In this document: piece after piece, positions 14,186 through 27,899 of the stretch | Numbering within the stretch: position 1 is the stretch's first letter | Layout of the letters: each line of letters begins with the position of its first letter | NCBI GenBank assembly: GCA_013265495.1 | Contig: MU058423.1 | Coordinates: 2,309,061-2,373,060, forward strand | Source of the DNA: Vicugna vicugna | Taxonomy: Eukaryota | DNA: 64,000 nt | Direction: 5' to 3' | Program-made: the position numbers and the translations under genes | Notes under the pieces: model-generated | Database searches by the model: none | Told to the model about the DNA's origin: nothing | Seen by the model: only the letters and a program-made list of their open reading frames with translations

Positions 14186-15613
14186 TATATGCTAATTTAA
14201 AAAAAAAAGACTCTTAAAATGGTTAAAATGTAACTTTTACATTGCATGTATTTTACAATAATTTTTTTTAAAAAGAAAAGAATGAGAAATTATAAATGAG
14301 GGACAGAGTGTAAGGAATAAGGTGATTTTTTTTCCAAATCCTTGCAAGATATCTGTACTTGATAATGGCATCAACTTATCAGTTCAACATATTTTAAATC
14401 CTTGTAGCTTACTTTGCCTTCTGTGTTCTTGATTTTCATTATAGTGCCACCTTGCTGTTGGTCACACAGGCTCCAAACGTTGGGCCATCATTGACCACTC
14501 CTTCTCTCCCAATAGTCTGTCACTTACCATGTCATGCCTACTATGTATGCAGAATTCAGTTGTACATACACTTTCACTTTTGCTTCTCTACTGTCCCTCC
14601 TCCGGTTCATAATCATTTACTGGGACTTTCGCAATTTTTCCCTAACATTTCCCTCACTTAAGAGTCAGCTTTGGAGTCAGACTGACCTGAGTTTAAGTCC
14701 TGGCTTTGCCACTTATCTCTGTTCTTGACCTTGGGTGTAATATTCTTAACCTCTTTGAACCTCAGGCAACATCTGTAACATTGAGGTAATAATAATACTC
14801 AACTCACAGGGTGATTGTGAGGATTGGCAAGCACCATGCGTGTGCCAGGCACTGAATCTTAAATGCATCGTCTATTACTTTCATTGACTGAGACAATATA
14901 TATAAATGGCTTGGCATGGTGCTGGATGCATAGTAAGTACTCAATCATTGCTGACTGTTTTATATGATTATTCTGTATCTCAGTACATTTTTGGCACTAC
15001 TATCAAATTGATTTTCTTAATGAGCAGTTTTGATTCTGTCCATCTCTTGCTCAAAATCTTTCTTTGATGCCCTCTTGCCTGTTGAAATAAGCCTGGAGTC
15101 CTTTGTCAAGCATTCAAAGCTCTTCTTGATCGGTTCCCTCCTGCCTTTCAGGTTTTATCGCCTGAATTTTTCTACTTACTAGATCCTGTACATAACCCTG
15201 ATTTTCCCTCTTCTTTAGCTTTGTTCAAACTGTTCCCTCTCCCTGGAATGCCCTTCCTCCTCCCATTTTGCTCAGCAAATATTTGCTGAGTAAATAGATG
15301 GTACCCTTTGGAAAAGCTCCTCCAGAGAAGCTAGTTCTTATCCTTGCCTTATGCCCCTCCCGTGGTGGAGACACATAAGGCAGGTTATGTTTATTTTCAG
15401 CAGGACTTTCTGTGGGGGAGACATATACACAAACAGAGGTTTTAAAGGAGTCATCCCTGCTCCACAACCTCCCCAACTTCTCCCACATAATACTGATACC
15501 AATGGAGATACTCTCACCTCCTCTTGTTCGGTGAACCTCTTAGTTAAGAGAATATTTTTTGTGTACTTACTAAGTGCTCTGCAACTTATTGGGGACTGTG
15601 AGGGTCAGAGCAT

Positions 15614-15944
15614 TTTTTTTCCAGTTTTATTACATAGAATTATTACAGCTTGACTGCACATATACATTATATTGCACGTAAACACATATAAACAGTATAT
15701 TGCACTTTTTTTAGTTTTCATATATGTACTAATTATTGTTTCTAAGAACAGATTAGATCTTTAGCTTTTTAAACTTACATAGTTATCAAAGAAATAAAGA
15801 CAGCTACAAAATAAGAATCCACAGAATGTGGTAATCCAGTCATAAAGGACAGTCAAAGGTGCTTACATATATTCAAGAAATCAGAATAATAATTAGTTTA
15901 TTTGTGTCCTTATTACTGTCATTATTTTTTACATTCCTCATATA
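15614..15944 (-). pseudogene. 5'-truncated retrocopy of an unidentified mRNA 3' end
   Basis: Flanked by direct repeats ggtcagagcat (15603-13 and 15945-55); T-tract plus tttatt (AATAAA on minus) at the left end; AT-rich UTR-like body. Confidence 0.65.
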
Positions 15945-17337
15945 GGTCAGAGCATATTTAAGACCACCTGGTTGGTAGTGAGAAGGCTTGTGCAACAATG
16001 GCAAACATTACATGGGAATTGAGGATCAGCATCTAAGTTCTGTGATGCTGAAGAGATGTATCTGACCAGGATGAGACTTTTTACTAGGGAAGAGGTCAAA
16101 GAGGCTGCAGCCAGATGAAACTTTGCGACAGCTGTGCCGGGATGTCCCGCGTGCTTTGAGAATGTATGGTATGCTAAGGCAAAACATTTGATGTGTGCTG
16201 AGGAAATGCAAACCAATGAACTTCTCTCTTCACGTGATGAACCAAGCCTGGGATAGTTCCTTAAAAGGCAGCTTTCCTAAAACCACTGGTAACTTTCTGC
16301 TGCTGAAGGCATGGATGGTGTAAGGGGAGATTTTCCCAAGGACCAGCTTCCCATACCCAGTGCAATCACTTGGTCCAGCACAAGCTCAGTTATTTAAAGT
16401 GCCGAGGCGTCTAACAGTAGGAGTGATAAGCTTCAGGTTGATGAAAAAATGAGCGCGTGTAGCCTTGTAACTTTATGCAAGAGTTTAGCCCAGCTTAACT
16501 CAATAGGTTCTTGAGCTCTCTAATCTAGGTTTTATTCCCAGAGTATTCTTGGCTCCTGGATTATTCAGAATAGGATAAGGGTTAAGCCTGGAGCATAAGC
16601 TTTGAAATCAGATGGATTTAGTTTCACTTACTAGCTCTATGACCTTAAAACTCAGATAAATGCTCTGTGGCTCAGTTTCTTCATTTTGAAAATTGGGATG
16701 ATACCACTGATGTTAAGGTTTGTTGTAAGAATTTAATAAAATGAGGTGTGTGAAGTGCCTGACAGAGGAAGTGCTCAACATTTCATGGTTACTGGAGGCC
16801 CTTTTGCCATGCTCTATCCTATGCCCAAACTCTCCTCCAAAGCTACCTAAACTCTAACAGCTTCCTCCATATTTTCCTCATACCTATTAGGAACAATAAT
16901 TGTAGATATTAATAATGATAGCAACAACCCAGCTATTATAGAGAGTCTGGTACATGCCAGGCCCTGTGGTGGGACTTTACAAACTTTTTCTCCAGTCTTA
17001 ATTATTTCCAGTTTATAGTGCAGGAAACTGAAGCTCAGAGAGAAGAAGTGACTTGTCCAAAGTGGCAGAGTTGGAATCGAAACTCAAGTCTTCTCTCTCT
17101 GAAGCATATGCTCTTTCTTCTCAACTATATATTTTTTTTCCTGGGAGGATGTCTTTTCTGGACATGAAAACCAGAAACACTATCTACCCCTTAATAACTT
17201 TCAGACCTTTTCTAATAATCTGCCTCTGTAACTGCAATTCATTCATTCACTTCACAAGTGTTTCATGTGTGTTTATTAGGTGCTATGGATGTAAAATTGA
17301 GTCAAACAGTCCGTGTCTTTAAAGAATTCACACTCTC

Positions 17338-17757
17338 CAACAACATGAGTGGACCTAGAGATTATCATACTAAGTAAAATAAGTCAGACAGAGAAAGACA
17401 GATATTATATGATATCACTTATCTGTGGAATCTAAAAAAGATACAAATGAACTTATTGACAGAACAGAAACAGACTCACAGTCATAGAAAACAAACTTAC
17501 AGTTACCCAAGGGGGATGGGAGGTGGAGGGACAAATTAGGAGTTTGGGTTTAACAGATATACACTACTATATATAAAATATATAAACAACAAGGACTGAC
17601 TGTATAACACAGAGAACTTATATTCAATATCTTGTAGTAACCTATAATGGAAAAGAATTTGAAAAAAAATAAATATGTATATGTGAATCACTTTGCTGTA
17701 CACCTGAAACTGACACACTATTGTAAATTAGCTATACTTCAATTTGTTTAAAAAAAG
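17338..17757 (+). mobile_element. 5'-truncated cetartiodactyl-type L1 3' end with TSD, inserted into an L2 remnant
   Basis: gacctagagattatcatactaagt...agacagagaaagaca L1 3' motif; A tail; TSD aagaattcacactctc (17322-37) / aagagttcatactctc (17758-73). Confidence 0.9.
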
Positions 17758-18720
17758 AAGAGTTCATACTCTCATTGGGAAGACAGACACATAGAATCGA
17801 TAAGTGGGAAAATCAGTGGAAAATCAGTGATTAAATAAAAGGGCACAGCAGGACCAGATCCAGGTAAGGTTGAAGGGAGCAATGATAGTGTCAGAAAACA
17901 CTTCTAAAGGAGGTGATTTGAGTGGATTCACTATCCTGCTCTTTATGTCTTTCATTCCCGAAACAGGTTTTAAGCAACTGCTGTGTTTTAGGCTTTAGGC
18001 TACGCCCTGAGATTAAACACAGGAAGGTTTTCATCCAGTCTATACCCCTAACAAACTCATAGTCTAGCCAGGAGGGACAGATTATAAATAACTTGGTGTC
18101 ATTAAAATTGGATTGGGATGCACAAGGAAATGGTTGATGCTGTAGGCCAAGTTTCTTTTAAACATGTTTTTTCTTATTCATCCCAATCTTTTGGCACGTT
18201 AAACACCTTTGAGGATATCTCACAGACCATGCCAAGCAAAAATAGCCATCTGAAACTATATTTATATTTTACGACGTTCTCCAGGGGAAGAAGCTATAAT
18301 TCAAACTACAAGTACGTCAAGATGGGGCAATGTCTCCATAACAAGCAACATCTTGGTAAAATGAAGCAGATGAAACTTTGACCATAGTGTCACAAAATAT
18401 AGTATTAATTATGTTTTAACTGCCTGTTATTTGTCCACTGTTGCCCTCTCTAGCCTGGATAACAGTGCAAGATAAAGTCCAGCTACAATTTCATGATTGT
18501 CCTCTAAAAAATTAGTTTTTAGACCTACTAAACCCCAGAGGTGAAAGCAGATTCAATAATGAGGTTTCAAAAATAAGGAAATTTAATATATGGTAGAAGT
18601 GTCCTTTTAAATCAAGACAACTGTGTAGCCATTTGGGAAAAATTTGATCCATCCTCTAAGCCTTTACATCAAAGTAAAATCAAGATGAATCACAGATATT
18701 TAATCTTTGAAAAATGAACT

Positions 18721-18826
18721 GGGGAGGGTATAGCTCAGTGGTAGAGTGCATGCTTAGCATGCACGAGGTTCTGGGTTCAATTCTTGGTACCTCTGTTAAT
18801 ACATACATACGTACATACATTAAGAA
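18721..18826 (+). mobile_element. tRNA-derived SINE (vic-1-like)
   Basis: ggggagggtatagctcagtggtagag A box, ggttcaatt B box, (taca)n tail, TSD gaaaaatgaa (18709-18 and 18827-36). Confidence 0.88.
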
Positions 18827-19218
18827 GAAAAATGAAATCCTAGAAACACCACAAGAAAACATGAGCAGGTTTTGTTTTTTCCTTTTCATAATCCCAGAGT
18901 AGGAAAAGGCTGAAGCCATAATAGAAAGTACTGATAAATTCAGTCACATAAAAAGCAAACATTTCTTCATGGCAAAAAAAAAAGTCACCATAAATAGTCA
19001 AAGTCAAATAACAAACTGACCAGGGAGGAGAGTAGATATATGAAGCTTAATAACAGCGAAAAGGATAATATATAATAATATCCTTTTAATATAATAGTAC
19101 ATAATTTAATATATAATTATGTGTTATTAATATAAAAATATATGGTTATATATTACTGGTACTTTTGGATATTACAGATGGACCTGAGCAATTCTGGAGG
19201 GAATTATATACATGCATT

Positions 19219-19222
<4 letters not shown>

Positions 19223-19273
<51 letters not shown>
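19223..19273. repeat. (TA)n microsatellite followed by poly-T
   Basis: Seen directly in the sequence. Confidence 0.95.
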
Positions 19274-19277
19274 CACA

Positions 19278-19850
19278 GATCTACCTGCCCCTCCAGAACC
19301 TCAGTTGTTTGCTCAGTGGAGTATCTGGTCACTGCCCTTGTTGCCTTGTTCTCAGCACACTGCCTAACTTGTCTTCCACCAGGATGAACCCTGGGCTAGA
19401 ACCACAATTGCACAGGTGCCCAGATCTGGAAGATATAACCCTACCCTCTTCTGGACTCAGATTAAACATTATGCCACTGGATATGGGCCCTGGCTTCCCC
19501 ACCAGCTATTCTGGGTGATGCAACCCAGATCGGGCAAATGTTGTGGGGCAAATGTTGATCTATGAGAGACTGCAGATGGGTGGGTGGGGAACTGACAGAT
19601 AAAGTCCTCCTCCCCATTCCCACCATCACTCTACCCCAACATTCCTGTAACTGAGCAGTTGTCTGTGTTTTCTCATGAAGCTGTGGCCTGTTCTGTAATG
19701 CACCACCTTGAATTTGCTTCCTCTCCCTTTTGACCTCACTTCCATGTCCCCCTTCACTCTTGCTGTCCTGGGATTGCAGTCCCCCAGGAAAGCATGAGTA
19801 TGTGAACTTTGTCCTAACCTCTGTTTCTTAGGGTCTTTGAGTCAAGACCA
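19278..19850 (+). mobile_element. Ancient ERVL-type LTR (LTR16-like)
   Basis: 3' end ctctgtttcttagggtctttgagtcaagac resembles ERVL LTR16-family termini; family assigned from memory. Confidence 0.5.
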
Positions 19851-20574
19851 TGTATAAAGAATTATTAGAAGACAATATGAAAAAGACCAACAACACTATT
19901 AGAAAAGTAGGCAGGTATGAAAAAATGTTCACAAAAAAGTAAGTATAAAAGCAACTATAACTAACTTTTAAAAAATGTGTAAAGATGATTAATCTCACTC
20001 ATGGTAAGAGAAATACAAAACAAAGTTATAATTAAATGTACTTTTTCACCTGTCACATTGAACAGTCTGATAACATACTGTGTCAGTGAGGCGTGGAGAA
20101 GCTCTCATTGCTAGTGGAAATATATATATATAACCTCTAAGAAAGATAATTTAGCGATAGCTTTTTTTTTTTGAGCACAAGCTTTACTCAATGGCCAAAG
20201 AATGGAAAAGCAGTAGCCTAGTTTGTAGATCAACTTCTCCAGCAACATCTTTAAAAATTAAAAAATTCACATACTATTTAGCCCAGCAGTTTAAGCTCAT
20301 TGTTGTCTTTTTTGTAAAAAGATTGGAAATAATATCCATCAATTAGAAATTCATTCAAGAAATTAAGGTACATAGGCCATAAAGGGACAATTATGCAGCT
20401 ATTAAAAAAAGAGATTTTAAAAAATATACTGATATATAAGAATTTTCAGTTTATATTAAGTAAAAATATCTCTAGAAAGACACATAGGAAACTGGTAACA
20501 GTGGTTGCCTCTGGGGTAGGCAGTCTTATTTTGCACCTTTTGTACCTTTTGAATTTTGTACCACGTGGATCTAT

Positions 20575-21290
20575 TTTTTCCTTATCAACTTTATTGAGGA
20601 ATAATTTATATACAGTTAAACTACATCCATTTAAAATGCACAATGCATTGAGTTTTGAAAATTGTATACACTAGTGAAACCACCATGATCAAGATACAGA
20701 ACATTTAAATCATCCCCAAAGATTTCCCCATGTTCCTTTTTTGTCTGTCTCTCCCTATGCCCTGGTCTCCCACAACCACTGAATTATTTTCTGTCACTAG
20801 AGGTTAGTTTGCATTTTATGGAATTATTATGATTCAATGGAATCATACAGTACGTACTCTTGTATCTAGCTTTTGCACTCTGCATAGTGCTTTCAAGATT
20901 CATTCATGTTGTTTATGTGTATCAGTAGCTCTTTCCTGAATAGTAGTCTATCATATGGTTTTACCATATTTTGTTTATCCAGCCAACTGTTGGTGAACAT
21001 TTGGGTTGTTTACAGATTTCGGCTATGTGAATAATGCTGTTGTGAACCTTTTTGTGTAAGTCTTTGAGTAGAAATATGTTTTCATTTCTTTTGGGTGAAT
21101 ACCTAGAAGCAGAAAGGCTGGATTGTATAGTGTGTGTATATTAACTTCTTAAGAAATGCCAGTTTTCCAAAGTGATTTGGACCATTCTCCATTACCACCA
21201 GCAGTGTATGAGAATTCCAGTTTCTCTACATCCTTGCTAATATTTGGTGTTAGTCTTTTAAATTTTATGATTAGTGTGTAATGGTGTATT
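20575..21290 (-). mobile_element. Old L1 3' end (L1M-type)
   Basis: actttattgaggaataatttatatacag...catttgggttgtttacag...ccaccagcagtgtatgagaattccagtt motifs. Confidence 0.85.
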
Positions 21291-21419
21291 ACCTATATTA
21301 AAAGATACACTGAAGACTAAAAATAAATAAATAGATGATTATTTTTAGCCTTCCCCACTAAGTCTGTAAATAATGTGATAATAAGAAAGTTGGATGTTGA
21401 AATTTTTAGAAGGGAGGAG

Positions 21420-21930
21420 TATTATTTTTCTTTTGTTTTGTAGCAAAATACCACAAATTAGCAGCATAAAACAACCTGTGTTTATTACCTCATAGTTTCT
21501 GTGGGTCAGGAGTCTAGGTGTGGCTTTGCTGGGTCTTCTGCTCAGGGTCTCACAAGGTTTGAGCTGGGGGCTGCATTCTTTCATGGAGCCTGTAGTCCTC
21601 TTTCAGCTCACATGGCTGTTGGCAGAATTCAGTTCCTGTGATTGTAGGACTGAGGTCCCTGTTTTCTTGCTGGCTGTCATCTGGGGTCTGTTCTTAGCAT
21701 CCAGAGGGTGTTTCCTCCTATAACAAGGCAGCTTACCTCTTCAAGCAGGAGAATCTGTCCAGTCCTCTGGACAGTCTCGTATAGTGTAATGTAATCACAG
21801 GGTATCTATCCCAACACTTTTGCCTTATTCTGTTGGTTTAGATACAGGTCACATATTCTGCCCACACTCAAGGGAGAAGATTAACTAGGACATGAATCAC
21901 TGGGGGACATCCTACATGTTTCAACACAGA
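21420..21930 (-). mobile_element. MaLR LTR (MLT1-like)
   Basis: aaataccacaaattagcagcataaaacaac...tttattacctcatagtttctgtgggtcaggagtc signature. Confidence 0.8.
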
Positions 21931-21953
21931 AGGCATACAGTGCTGAGCTTGGG

Positions 21954-22158
21954 CAGTGGTTCTCAAATTTGAGTGTGTATAAGAATCACTTAGGGGAAGG
22001 GTGGTGTTAAGATTAAGTTAGGATTCCTGGGACCCATCCCCAGAGTTTCTGACTCAGTAAGTTTGCGATGGGGCCTAGGAATTTGTTTTGCTGGTGAGCA
22101 GTTAACTTTTCAGATGCATCTGAGGCAAGGTCCTCAGGCCACATCTACAGAAACACTG
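21954..22158. mobile_element. MER5A-like hAT-Charlie DNA transposon
   Basis: cagtggttctcaaa...aaacactg termini; internal cccagagtttctgactcagta. Confidence 0.8.
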
Positions 22159-23193
22159 TCATAGAGATTAATTCTTGACTTCTGAGAGGGCCACTCTTGG
22201 ATCTGAGCCTCCCCTTTGCCAATAAGCAGATGAGATGGACCGAGTCCACCTTCTCTTGAAGACCAAAGGAGAGGCTGGATACTGTGTATCAGCAGAGCCC
22301 CAAAGAGACAAAGACCACAGCCAGGGACAAAGAAGTCGACGAAACAGAAAAACCCTTAGGACAAAGTAATCCACTAGGACCTTGCTGAAAGGCAAGGAGA
22401 ATGAGTCACAGTACAACTAACTGATAATTGAATATTTAATACAATTTAAATTATGGTTCTACCACTACATAGATGTAAAACATTAAGTCATTTAACCTTC
22501 CTGAGCCTCCAGGTCTGCAAAATGAGGATAATAATATCTACTTCCCAGATTTGTTACCAAACGTCAATGAGACACTGTCGGGGAAAAACAAAAAAGCCCC
22601 TATTCAAATATCTGCCAAATCCTACCTAAAAAAATAGAATTCCAAAAAGCATTCCAGACTGTCAAAATATTACCACAAAATTTGGTGCTTCTGTTTCTCC
22701 ACAGAGACAAGTGAAAGAAAACAGTAAAGTAACAAATGATGCAATGAAAATAAATACAAGCTGCAATGAAAGATCATACAAGTATATCATTTATATTCCA
22801 TGTCAAGGAGATAGACTTACCTGTGAGGAGAAAATAAGTTTGAAGTCTGGATTATAAATAAATACAACTATTCATTTCCTACAGGAAAAATAAAGCCAAA
22901 AGACTTATTTAAAAAAAAGACTAAAATCATGTGAGTATTTTAAGTTCTCTTATGAATGTGTGAAAAACTCGATGTCAAATAAATAGATTTTACAGTCACA
23001 AATACTAAGGGCTATAACCTACACTGAGCAATGAGTGCCTAACAATTCTCAAGTTTTTGGTCCTAAATAATGTAATAATAAAGGCATGAAAAAAGCTGGT
23101 AAAAATTAAAGAGAAAAATAAAAAACAATTGCATTTGGATTCTATGGTACTTCATTAACTAGTTAATTTTCGTTTTAAAAAGAGAGAAAATGA

Positions 23194-23347
23194 AGAGAGA
23201 GGGTATAGTTCAGAGGTAGAATGTGTGCTTAGTATGCATGGGGTTCTGGGTTCAATCCCTAGTACCTCCATTAAAAAATAAATAAATAAGCCTAATTGCC
23301 CCCCCAAAACCAAAACCAAAACAAAATTTTTTAAATAAATAAAAAAA
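23194..23347 (+). mobile_element. tRNA-derived SINE (vic-1-like)
   Basis: gggtatagttcagaggtagaa...ggttcaatccctagtacctcc, A-rich tail, TSD agagaaaatga (23183-93 and 23348-58). Confidence 0.88.
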
Positions 23348-24289
23348 AGAGAAAATGAGAAAAGTAAATCGTGTATTAAAAGGAAAAGCAATTTTTAAGC
23401 ACATAATCATATTTTTTAATCACTGTTGAAAAGACAATCAAGTTTAATATTTATTCCTCTTTAAAGCTTTGAAATAAGGTGTGGAGTGTTTTATTCTTCA
23501 ATGAGAAGAACCACATACTTATTCTGAAAAGCCAATGTCACATTTACTGGAGATGTAAGAGTCCCTCGCCTTCAAAACAGGATCAGAAGGTTCACCCAGT
23601 GCCGTTCTTTTTCAACATGATATTGAAAATGCTGGTCATAGCTATTTGGGTCGCACATAAAAATATAAGATAAAAAAATACTGCTTTTTATAGTTGACAT
23701 GGTTATATACCTGACAGTTCCAAGAAAAACAACTCCTAAATTACTAGAAATAATAAATGAATTCAGCAAACATAGCCAAAAGAAACCCACATAGAACAAT
23801 TACATTTCTATCTGTCAGTGAAATACAGCTGTATATTAATAAAAACATAAAATATAAAGGGAGAAAGATTCCATTTATAACCATAAACCAAAAATAAATT
23901 TGAGGGTTTTCTTCAAGCCACAAGATTTATCCAAGAAAATTACTAAACCATAACAGGAAGAGAAAAGGAAGATGTGAACAAATGGAGAGATCATTATTGA
24001 AAAAAACAAAATCTAGTAAATATGACAGGGTTAATAGGTTTAATGCAATCACAGTTAAAGGCCTTACAAAATACTTATAGAAGCTGAAAAATTGACATCA
24101 ATTTTAGAGAATAATGGGGAAAAAATAAGGACTGTCTCACAGCATTTATAATGTATTACAAAAAGCATATTTATGAAAACTATAGGTCCCCAAACAGGAA
24201 AAAAAAAATCAATGGAACATCTCTGCTTGGTATAGCATCTTAAGCTTAAAACAGGAGCAATTCCGAAATTCAAACTGTTTCTGCAAATT

Positions 24290-24965
24290 CCAAACCGAAT
24301 CGGCTTCATTTCAGGAAATGGCAAAACCACCCTTCCAATGATCTGGCCAAAATATGTGGAGTCATCCTTGACCTTCTTTTTTTCACACCCCACCCCGTGC
24401 CTGCCACCCATCTGAGAGGTCAAAAATTGATCCAGATTTGACCACTTCTTACAGCCTCACCTCCATTGGCTGATGGAAGTCACTGTGTCCTCTTGTGTGT
24501 ACCACTGTCAGGGGCCCCCCTAACAGACCTGCCATTTCCGCTGCTCTCCTACGTCTGTCTTAGCACCACAGCCAAAGCACTTCAGGCACCTTTCTCCTCC
24601 AGGAACGTATGACTGCTGTTCTCTGGACTGGAGCCTTCTTTCCCCAGCTATTTGCTCGCTTGTTCCCTCCGTTCCTTCAGGTCTTTGCACAAATGTCGTC
24701 TTCTCAGTGAGGTCTTTAAGTTCCTCATTGACAAATCAACTTTTCACCCCTCATGCCAGGCTCCCTATTACTCTTTCCTACCTTACTTGTTATTTACTTA
24801 CCCACCTATCATCTGTTTTAAAAATTTGTCTCTTTTCACTCCATTCCTCTACCAGAACGTTGGCTCCAGGAGGGCAGGGATGGTTGTTTTGTTCACAGCT
24901 GTTTCCTTAGCACCTAGAACAGTGTCTGGCACATAGTAGGCATTCAATAAATATTTGTTGAGTAA
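24290..24965 (+). mobile_element. LINE-2 3' fragment
   Basis: Ends in agcacctagaacagtgtctggcacatagtaggcattcaataaatatttgttga, the L2 3' terminus. Confidence 0.8.
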
Positions 24966-25887
24966 AGAAAACAAAACAAATTCCTGTAGCACAGATGTCT
25001 GCTTTATAAACCTAATTTACAGCAAAGAAGGCACAATACAATGATGCAGAAAGATCTCATTGCTTACTCATTGAACAATGGGATAATAGAAAGGAAGTTA
25101 ATTACTTTAGACTAATACATCATATCATTTTAAATAATAATAAATTTAAGATAGATTAGAGTAAAACATACTATATTTAAGAATGGGAAGAAATAATATG
25201 GCTGTCTCATGTTTGAAGAGGTGATAAATGACTATGGAAGAAATGAAAAATATTGTCAAGGACAAGATAGAGAAATATGATTACGTGAAGATTATTCTAA
25301 AATTTGAGGTAGACACATGTAAAACATGGCTATAGAAAGAAAAGCTATGTGAGAAATACAATTATTAGAATCTTATTGCAAAATAGGAAAGAACTGATAC
25401 AAATAAACAGTTCATGTCTAGATTCCACTCTGAGTTGCCAAAGAAGATGAAGAATTTATTCCCAAATGAAAGGAAAGAACACATATCACATAGAAAAATA
25501 TACAGCCTTGAAAGCAATTAAAAAACTATGTGTCTAAACAACTTAAAGGTAACATTCTAGAACTATTAAACTAGTAAAAGCAAATAAAAATAATAAACCT
25601 CTTATTAACAGAGTTGTGGGGAAATAGGTACTGACATGCTGCTGGTGACCATATAAGTTTGTGTAATTCCTTAAACAAGTAATTAAATGATATGTATCAA
25701 AAGCTATAAAAATGTTCCTATCTTCCAGACTATTTATTATTCCATTTTAGGAAACTTATCTACAAGGAAGTAAATAAACCCAAAATTAAACAAACAATGT
25801 CTTTTTTATACTGTGTAGAAAAGCAAAAAATTTGAAATGGCCCAACTTCCAAATAATAGAGGAAGAGGAATTTCTAAACAAACTTCC

Positions 25888-25990
25888 TTTTTTTTATTAA
25901 TTTTTTTTTCCAGTAGAGGTGCTGAGGATTGAACCCAGGACCTCAAGCATGCTAAGCATGCGCTCTGCCACTGAGTTGTACCCAACCCCC
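25888..25990 (-). mobile_element. tRNA-derived SINE (vic-1-like), minus strand
   Basis: ggattgaacccaggacctcaagcatgctaagcatgcgctctgccactgag, preceded by a T tract. Confidence 0.88.
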
Positions 25991-26699
25991 TAAGCAGGTC
26001 TTCTTATAATAACATGCTGGACCATTAAAATGGACAGTGTAGGGACTCGTTTAACACTTGGGAATGTGGATGTCAACACAGCGTGATTACCATCTGGAAC
26101 ACTGAACTTGAGTTGTGATCTTTTTGTAACCAAGCCAAGGTCATGTTTGGGATCAGAATTCTAATCTTTGGGGCAATGCACCATCCAGGACTGATTGTAA
26201 CAAATGAAGAAACACCTTATGCAGGGTATGCCAACTCTTCAGACTGAAAAGTCTAAGAAGGTCTTTGGTGAGGCTTGAGGCTGGAAGTTAGGATTTAACT
26301 TAGCCTCCTGGGTACTATTAACTTGGCCTAATGTACACACTTGTCCTTCAGAGGAGAAGTGGGCAGATAGTCAAGTCTGATCAGTTCAGAGGCTGAGCAC
26401 CCACTGAGGAGGAAGCAATAAACCATCTCAGAGGCCCAAGCTCCTGGAAACTGGAGAACTTCACAGGGAGCCCTGGGCCTGGGAGCTGCCTTCAGAGGCA
26501 ACAGGCACGGCAGGCCAGAGGGTGTGAAAACTCCAGAGGAAGGGTCCAATGTTAGGGAATTCCTTGTGGACCCGGAGCCCTCTGCCTGAGGCAGGATGCT
26601 TGAAAGCCCTAGTTAGAAGGCATGGCAAGATGGAGAGCAGCTGCAGTTTATTTGTCTAACTCACCATCCAAGTAATCAGGAAGATGAGATGTTTGCCTA

Positions 26700-26880
26700 A
26701 CAGTGCCAGAATGCCTGGATTTGAATTCTGACTCTGCCACTTATTAGCTGAGTGACCCTGAGCAAGTCACTTAAGCTCACTGTGGCTCACCTTCCCCCTG
26801 GGAAAAATGTGTGATAACAATAGTACCTACCTCATCAGGTTGCTGTGAGGATTAGATGCAACAAAGCACATAAAGCTCCC
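26700..26880 (+). mobile_element. MIR SINE (representative; further MIR-like copies near 14660-14830, 16590-16780, 29790-29910, 36490-36620, 59640-59870, 62830-63065, 63830-63920)
   Basis: ctctgccacttattagctgagtgaccctgagcaagtcacttaa...aatagtacctacctcat...gttgctgtgaggatta core. Confidence 0.85.
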
Positions 26881-27899
26881 GCACTGGAACTCTTGTCATT
26901 TTTATGTACTTGGGGTGACTTGCCCAAATAGTAAAGTGCCTGCAGGCACAGCTTGGAGAATCAGAAAGGGATGGATCACGTCCGAGTATAAGGAATTTAT
27001 AGCTGAGAGTTACTGAACCAAGTGAGAATTCACCCAGATTCATTTTTTTGTTGGTGCCATTAATTTGGGAGGAGGAAGAAGGAAGGCCTTCAACGTCTTC
27101 ACATTGGAGATGCGGGCTGGCTGGAGGAGGTGGAACGTCCCTGAGACTTCGGGCCAGATGGGCTGTCAGGCAGGTTTCTCCCTTCCCCTGATTCCTCGTT
27201 GGAGTCAGCCTAGAGGCCCTGGCTGGAGGCAGTTCCCTTGGAACTGCTTCTTGTGAGAGAGGGCTAGTCCTACATGTGTCCAAATGGGACCACTGGGGAC
27301 TAGACCATGGATGTCTCCCAGACCCTGCTGTGTGGCAGACAGACCCAGGAACACACCCAAGAATTTAGGAAGTGGATAGTTTTTTTCTTCCCCTCTTGAT
27401 TGCCTGGCCATTGGTTGAGAGCGAGTAGTGTCAAAATTAAATCCTGATGCTCATGCGTTTTCCCTGGGAACAATTACAGATTTGGCTGCTGGGATAGTGG
27501 ATGGGCAGGCAAGTGGAGAGACTGCGTGCAGGGGCCTGGAGGAGAGGGAGAAATGTCTCTGGGGCATTTTTAGGAAGATTTGCTGTATAATATCCTCCTC
27601 TTCTATGGCTCCAAGAGAATTTTGCTACAGACTGATTCATCTCTTATGGCTTTTTTGAAGTTAGATTTGGATTTCATTGGAATGTTGTACTGTGATGGTC
27701 CTTAAGGCAGAGGTAATCTGTAGATATGGGGTTATTTATTCATATAATTATTTATTAAACAACTACTGTATGTGAGGCACCACACTGGGAACTGAGAGTA
27801 TAGAGGTAAATGAGGTAGAATCCTTGCTTTCAAGCTGCTCACTGTCCACCAGAGAGACAGGCAAATATACAATGAAAAGGTAAATTGTAAGTGTAATGA

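Noticed and set aside
15956..16520. Coding-looking stretch (+ strand ...RLFTREEVKEAAAR*NFATAVPGCPACFENVWY...)
   Set aside because: Contains stops, I recognise no homologue, and there is no exon or TSD structure; a tBLASTx search would be needed to reconsider
18721..18795. tRNA-like sequences (also ~23195 and ~25990)
   Set aside because: A-rich tails, TSDs and degenerate stems indicate SINEs, not tRNA genes
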